DNA from: a virus
Taxonomy: Duplodnaviria > Caudoviricetes
Reading direction: 5' to 3' (one strand)
IMG/VR virus record: IMGVR_UViG_3300017788_000020
Location: 565 to 64,564 of that record
Length of the DNA stretch: 64,000 nt
The translations under genes were made by a program, and so were the position numbers. This document shows, in pieces, positions 59,656-64,000 of this stretch. Positions within the stretch are counted from its first letter, which is position 1, and each line of letters starts with the position of its first letter. Below the pieces are notes generated by a model. It saw only the letters and a program-made list of their open reading frames with translations, ran no database searches and was not told where the DNA came from.

Positions 59656-60103
59656 CTGATTCGTGTTGGTTGAAATCTAAAGCGCACAGCATGTCGTAGA
59701 TACGGTAGTATTCTTTCAAGAACTTGCGTAAATGACGCGCATGTTTTTTGTCCAAACGGCCACGCCTATCAACAAGAATGAAGAAATCTCCTTCGTATGT
59801 GACATCATGCGCCCCCCACCTGTTCGGCAGGAGATACCCAGCAGCACCTGCATAGGTGTCCCCCATCGTATGACCAAATGTTCCTGCCCTAAGCTCAGGC
59901 AGTTTCGTCAGCTCGTTGATCGCATCATAGCCTCCGTAGTTGACTTCTTCAAATGCGAAAAAAATCCGCGTTTGTTTTTCGCCAATGCGGGTCGGTACAG
60001 CTTCCGCGGCGTTACCAAAGAGCGCCTCTACGCGATCAATAATGTCATCCGAGTCTGTGCTGTCAAACAATACTCGCATGGCGAGATAGCAGCGATCACC
60101 CAT
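59633..60103 (-). CDS. hypothetical protein
   Basis: MGDRCY...FEEVNYGG; coupled to neighbours. Confidence 0.6.
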   Translation of the reverse strand: MGDRCYLAMRVLFDSTDSDDIIDRVEALFGNAAEAVPTRIGEKQTRIFFAFEEVNYGGYDAINELTKLPELRAGTFGHTMGDTYAGAAGYLLPNRWGAHDVTYEGDFFILVDRRGRLDKKHARHLRKFLKEYYRIYDMLCALDFNQHESVDHDTSN

Positions 60104-60395
60104 TTTTCTTCATCTCCTCTAACCGCGCAACTAGATTCCGCATGCGCAGCACGCCGACAGGATTAGCGCTGTGGATATATATCTTAGGTAGTGGAAACGC
60201 CGCATTGTCGAAAATGCGACGTTCGAGCCATGTCAGTACATCATAGCCCGTGCCGCGACCGTCGTCGCCCAAATCGTGGTCGAGGCTGAGTTCTGTGATT
60301 CCGCCCCTTTCGAGCAGGGCGATGGTCTCTTCAGGCCAGTATGTGCGGATCCAGCCTTCGGGCGTGGAGCGCGTATCGTCCAGATAAACCTTCAT
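60096..60395 (-). CDS. cyclic-phosphate-processing receiver domain protein
   Basis: KVYLDDTR.TPEGW, LSLDHDLG, TGYDVL, IHSANPVG. Confidence 0.8.
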   Translation of the reverse strand: MKVYLDDTRSTPEGWIRTYWPEETIALLERGGITELSLDHDLGDDGRGTGYDVLTWLERRIFDNAAFPLPKIYIHSANPVGVLRMRNLVARLEEMKKNG

Positions 60396-60598
60396 CGGGC
60401 TTTGTAGATAGCTCTGTGTGTTGCTATTACAGGTGTGTCCTCGAAAGACTCGGGTAACGTAGCGTCACCAAGATGGTCTTTATTGTAAATCAAGCGAATG
60501 TGTCGACCGTTCTTTGGATCTAGCACTACGCTGCTAGATACAAACCACGGCTGTTTCGCGTACTTGCTGCGAAATCTTTTGATTATATCGATAGCCAC
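60392..60598 (-). CDS. small hypothetical protein
   Basis: GAAGG RBS, ATGA overlap. Confidence 0.55.
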   Translation of the reverse strand: MAIDIIKRFRSKYAKQPWFVSSSVVLDPKNGRHIRLIYNKDHLGDATLPESFEDTPVIATHRAIYKAR

Positions 60599-60666
60599 TT
60601 CGGTACCTTCAGTTGTAGTTTTTCAAGTAGGTTTTTGATTTCGTCTGTACGAGGGTAAGTTACTAA

Positions 60667-60700
60667 AACCAGGTAGGTTACTTACGTAACCTACCTGGTT
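60667..60700. terminator. terminator hairpin
   Basis: aaccaggtaggttac-ttac-gtaacctacctggtt right after the DHH-like gene. Confidence 0.75.
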
Positions 60701-60701
60701 G

Positions 60702-61592
60702 TCACCGATCTTTCGTCAACGTCAACCAGTCGACGAAAGTCTCCAGGTCCGACTGTGTGAGGACCTGGCCGCGCGGGGATCCTGCGATCCCCGCGTGACC
60801 TCCCGCCAACTCTCCCCAGAATGTCTGGACGAGTTGACGACAATCCACCGCCACAGTACCGTCACGGCGTGACACCGTGATCGCGCCGCTGGTGGTGTTG
60901 AGCGCCACCACGAGGTCTGCGACCAGACCCTCGTGGCGGTAGAGGTGGTTCGTGAACTTATCGCTCACGCGAACCACCGCCAACACGGGCCGCGCCGTGT
61001 CGAAGAACATATTGAACGCAGTCCTGAACGAACTCGCGTTCAGGAGAGCCTCTTCATGCGTGAGAGTCGCGCCCTCACGCATGAGATCCGCATCCATGTT
61101 CAGGATGCGGAGCATTGCCTGCTCTGCCTTTGCGACGAAGTCCGTCACGTCTGTGACGGACCCGTCGCGCTCCGCGAACAGGCGATTCTTCTGGGACCAT
61201 GCCCAGACGGCCGCCAACTGGCGGTACGCATCCATGGCCTGGTTCTCGACCGCGTGTGGACCATTCAGGTCCACAAACGCGGCCAGGCGCCAGAAGTCCT
61301 GGTGGCCTTCTGGCTTTGTTCCTCGGAGGGCCATTAGCCCTCCGAGGGTGTCGAGGTCAAAATGGGAGATCCCCACCGCCTCGACATTTCCCCGCACCTC
61401 TGCGGGGAAGTCGGCCGTCCGGAACAAGCAGGGGCACTGCCGTTCCGGACGAACGTGGTGGTTCAAGGTGATGGAGTCCGACGACCCCATCACCTCTGCG
61501 CCTCCGAACTCCGCTTCCACCACGGCGAAGTTCTTGTACTCGGACAGCGCGGCGCGCAAACTGTCCGGATTATTCGAAAGTAGTACCCGCAT
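60702..61592 (-). CDS. DHH/DHHA1-like phosphoesterase
   Basis: TLNHH, ISHFDLDTLGG, FVDLNGPH, C-terminal GGHAGIAGSPR. Confidence 0.65.
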   Translation of the reverse strand: MRVLLSNNPDSLRAALSEYKNFAVVEAEFGGAEVMGSSDSITLNHHVRPERQCPCLFRTADFPAEVRGNVEAVGISHFDLDTLGGLMALRGTKPEGHQDFWRLAAFVDLNGPHAVENQAMDAYRQLAAVWAWSQKNRLFAERDGSVTDVTDFVAKAEQAMLRILNMDADLMREGATLTHEEALLNASSFRTAFNMFFDTARPVLAVVRVSDKFTNHLYRHEGLVADLVVALNTTSGAITVSRRDGTVAVDCRQLVQTFWGELAGGHAGIAGSPRGQVLTQSDLETFVDWLTLTKDR

Positions 61593-61619
61593 GATTGCGA
61601 AGCTACTCTGTATTGTTGC

Positions 61620-61995
61620 TTTACAATAGGCGCAACAATAAGGCCTGACTATTAGGAAGCCGGGTAGTCATCCCGTGTGGTCCCTCTACTCGGGGCTCTC
61701 GACGCCACACCGTCCCCGTGACCCTCTGTACTACGATGGCGGGCGGGTCCGCATCCATCGCTTTGTCTCCTCCTGCCGAAACAACTAACCAGGTTGTTTC
61801 TTTTTGTGTTACGTGCGGCCAGGACTACTACGCCCGGCGGGACATAACCCGCTCAACGGCGGGGCAGTTGGACTCGGGTCCGCCTCGGTACACCGGACTT
61901 CTCGGCGTTTTCCTTAGATTTAGTACAACTTAGCGGCTGTACACGGCTCCGTGGGCCTTTAGTGTGTGCGGTAACAAAACACTATCGCACATCTC
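61620..61995 (-). ncRNA. candidate structured ncRNA or long 5' leader
   Basis: No credible ORF, several stem-loops, directly downstream of an early promoter motif. Confidence 0.3.
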
Positions 61996-61998
61996 CAC

Positions 61999-62010
61999 TA
62001 TACTTATGAC
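61999..62010 (-). promoter_or_regulatory. putative phage early promoter GTCATAAGTATA
   Basis: 11/12 match to the recurring motif. Confidence 0.65.
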
Positions 62011-62040
62011 CGGTAAATAGGTGTTTTAGTCATATTGACT

Positions 62041-62073
62041 AAAAAAAGAGCCTGTCAGACAGGCTCTTTTTTT
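62041..62073. terminator. intrinsic terminator
   Basis: aaaaaaagagcctgtc-a-gacaggctcttttttt. Confidence 0.85.
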
Positions 62074-62079
62074 CAGACC

Positions 62080-62247
62080 TCATGCGCGACAAGTCACGAT
62101 GTAGACACGGCCGTGACCGAAGCCGATGCCGAGGCCGTGGCCGAAGCCGTGGCCGAAGCCGTAGTGGATGCGGCGGAGCGTGCGGCAGTTGATGGGGCTA
62201 TCACCCCGAAGAAGCGCCAGTAACTTTGCATTGTTGATGCGTTTCAC
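62080..62247 (-). CDS. 55-aa protein with G-x-G repeat (not in the ORF track)
   Basis: GTG start with AGGA RBS; MKRINNAKLL...HYGFGHGFGHGLGIGFGHGRVYIVTCRA; flanked by a promoter-like motif (62313-62322) and a terminator. Confidence 0.55.
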   Translation of the reverse strand: MKRINNAKLLALLRGDSPINCRTLRRIHYGFGHGFGHGLGIGFGHGRVYIVTCRA

Positions 62248-62342
62248 GGTCGTGATTCCTATCTAGGGTCCCTAATTTGTTACTGCGGAGTGCAGTAACA
62301 AGTTCTTCATTTAACATATGATATAAAAACAAGTATTTTGCT

Positions 62343-62383
62343 AAAAAAGAAAGACCGCTTTCGCGCGGCCTTTCTTTTTTTTT
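62343..62383. terminator. intrinsic terminator
   Basis: A-tract, imperfect GC stem, T-tract after the HTH gene. Confidence 0.65.
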
Positions 62384-62874
62384 CACTCCTTCATGAAGGC
62401 CTGCAGGGCCGGAAGGCCCACCTGCAGACCTTTGGCGATCTCGTTCAAAGAGAGACCGCGTTGGAGGAGATCGCAGATCTCCAGGCGTCCCACGTTGAGG
62501 AGGACCGCCCTCGATGCGTTTCTGCGAGCCCCGTACCTGCGTACACCGCGTGTACGCAAGTACAGGCTCAACGCGGACTCGGAGACGCCGATGTCTTCGG
62601 CGATCTCCTTGTTTTGGAAGCCCTCACTAATGAGGGCTTTGATGGCATCGATACCATAGGCGTCGATACGCGCCGTCGTCGTCGGCGTGACGGCGGCGCG
62701 TGAAGGCTTCTGTTTTGTAGAAGCCTTCCCCACGCTCTTCCTATAGAAGAGCGTGTCGATCCATTTCTGGATCTCTTCGGGCCGCACCCCGAATTGTTTT
62801 GCGGCCCGCTCCAGCGAAAGTTCGCCGGTCTTAACGCGCAGAACTATTGCGCGTTTTTGGGTAAGCGTCATCAT
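62383..62874 (-). CDS. multi-HTH DNA-binding protein
   Basis: Three HTH-like units: SLERAAKQFGV, QNKEIAEDIGVSESAL, SLNEIAKGLQV; AAGGGG RBS. Confidence 0.75.
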   Translation of the reverse strand: MMTLTQKRAIVLRVKTGELSLERAAKQFGVRPEEIQKWIDTLFYRKSVGKASTKQKPSRAAVTPTTTARIDAYGIDAIKALISEGFQNKEIAEDIGVSESALSLYLRTRGVRRYGARRNASRAVLLNVGRLEICDLLQRGLSLNEIAKGLQVGLPALQAFMKE

Positions 62875-63034
62875 CGCTTACCCCTTTCTTCTCTCCGCCA
62901 TATCCAGGCGAAGAGAGCCGCGTTACCAAACGCGGCCAAGACCCATGTCTGGGTCAACGTGAACTCGAACATTTTAGAGATTGATCCCCAAAACGGTTTT
63001 GTGTAACAGAACCACAGTGGTGCTGTCTACATTA

Positions 63035-63044
63035 AACATATGAC
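63035..63044 (-). promoter_or_regulatory. early promoter variant GTCATATGTT
   Basis: Upstream of the HTH gene; related ATCATATGTT at 62313-62322. Confidence 0.4.
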
Positions 63045-63094
63045 ACGTTTTTGCTTATTTTTCACAGCCGAAACATGTCATATATCGATTTCAA

Positions 63095-63367
63095 CTAAGT
63101 CGTCTCTATATCGGCCAAAATAGCCGTCAACAACTCTACGTTGTCTAAATGTTTCACTAGAATATCTCTTATCCTTGATCTTTCGTCGATCAGCGAAAGT
63201 ACCATAGCCTCGCCCCCTACTTTAGCGGCATCCCAAGCATAGACGAACGAGCCCTCTACATCGCGATATAATTGACCGTCGGTCCCTCTACGGAACCTGT
63301 GTGGCTCGAGTAATTGGCGAATAGACGGCGGCGTTGCTCTAGGTTGATCTGTGTTATCTATCGGCAT
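63095..63367 (-). CDS. hypothetical protein (MPIDNTDQ...)
   Basis: ORF after the TnpB remnant; start chosen at ATG 63367. Confidence 0.5.
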   Translation of the reverse strand: MPIDNTDQPRATPPSIRQLLEPHRFRRGTDGQLYRDVEGSFVYAWDAAKVGGEAMVLSLIDERSRIRDILVKHLDNVELLTAILADIETT

Positions 63368-63393
63368 ATAGTTACAGAATAAATTGAAAAATT

Positions 63394-63723
63394 TCAATTG
63401 TCATTTGTTTTGGTAGTAACAGGGACTATATGCTCCTGTCCTTCGGTCAACCAATAAAAACCTTCTTTATTGATTTTCTTTAGGCGTTGTTGTTTGCTTA
63501 TAGCAATCAACGGCAAGGATAAGTTCAAAGAAGCATTTAAATCCGCATCTGTGGTGAAACCACACTTGTCACACTTAAATAATTTCTTTTTCCTGTTTCC
63601 TTTACGCACCCATCCGCACGATGAACATCTTTGGCTTGTGTAAGTTGGATTCTTCTTCGCCAGAAGGACACCTTCGTCTGCCACGCGAGAATCTATCTTT
63701 TCAAAGAGTTCAGCGTAATAAAG
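63394..63723 (-). pseudogene. tnpB: C-terminal remnant of IS200/IS605 TnpB
   Basis: YAELFEKI...G...NPTYTSQRCSSCG...FKCDKCGFTTDADLNASLNL; N-terminal part absent (frame runs into tRNA-Val); AT-rich. Confidence 0.85.
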
Positions 63724-63724
63724 G

Positions 63725-63800
63725 TGGTGGGCGATGAGGGATTTGAACCCCCGACTCCCTCGGTGTAAACGAGGTACTCTAACCGCTGAGTTAATCGCCC
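63725..63800 (-). tRNA. tRNA-Val(TAC)
   Basis: 76 nt GGGCGATTAACTCAGCGG...CCTCG-TTTACAC-CGAGG...GGTTCAAATCC...CGCCCACCA. Confidence 0.95.
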
Positions 63801-63863
63801 AAAAGGGGTCCGGTCACAGAGCGCAGGCGCCTGCGCTTTAAGAGAATGCGACCGGACCATGGA

Positions 63864-63905
63864 TGGTGTGTCTGGCTGGATTCGAACCAGCGACAGCTTG
63901 CTTAG
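63864..63905 (-). tRNA. 3' exon of an intron-split tRNA, most likely Arg(UCU)
   Basis: CTAA-GCAAG-CTGTC-GCTGGTTCGAATCCAGC-CAGACAC-A-CCA; 5' exon outside the window. Confidence 0.7.
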
Positions 63906-64000
63906 CTTACCACTTCGGCTTTCGCCGCCGCCTGCGCGTTCGTGGTCTGGACTATATCTTCACCGTTTCAGGTGCAGCACGTGTAGTCTCTACGGAACCC
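63906..64000 (-). mobile_element. 3' part of a group I intron in the tRNA anticodon
   Basis: R element AGAGACTAC, P8 CACC-TGAAAC-GGTG, S element AAGATATAGTCC, P9 with GAAA tetraloop, terminal G next to the exon. Confidence 0.85.

Noticed and set aside
60933-61629. Long + strand ORFs opposite the DHH-like gene
   Set aside because: Antisense shadows of a GC-rich gene, with no motifs
61920-61992. Group II intron (GTGCG start, GAGCCGTG domain V-like)
   Set aside because: The domain V 3' strand is absent and the spacing is incompatible
63394-63684. Functional TnpB/Cas12f nuclease
   Set aside because: RuvC-I/II and REC/WED regions are missing
63864-63910. Amber suppressor tRNA (CUA) or TAG recoding
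   Set aside because: A CUA register needs G38 and a 4-nt variable loop; the Arg(UCU) register fits better. Long ORFs are intact under code 11 and TAG serves as a stop (e.g. 25025).

Overview
This window comes from a large (probably jumbo) tailed dsDNA phage genome of roughly 50% GC; the host cannot be determined from it. The + strand carries long virion/morphogenesis operons: tail fibres, SGNH esterases, baseplate/collar proteins, a 1615-aa Ig-like protein, head proteins, a portal, and a 2953-aa single-chain beta-beta' RNA polymerase with two inteins. These operons are interrupted by short - strand islands. The islands start at a conserved GTCATAAGTA motif, end at bidirectional hairpin terminators, and include a sigma-like gene, a HAD phosphatase, a DHH-like protein and an AAA ATPase. 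The right end has a TnpB remnant, tRNA-Val(TAC) and a tRNA interrupted by a group I intron. Most notable: (1) a perfect 65-bp inverted repeat at ~10 kb is a near-exact copy of the homing-endonuclease region of RNAP intein 1, 45 kb away; (2) that intein starts with Ala, lacks the usual His residues and sits directly after a DFNGD (not DFDGD) catalytic loop; (3) a set of unrelated small proteins share an N-terminal 'LYxx(F/Y)xxKxA' leader resembling a capsid-targeting/cleavage signal; (4) two strand-specific promoter classes suggest an RNAP-to-sigma transcription cascade. All family calls are by motif recognition; no searches were run.
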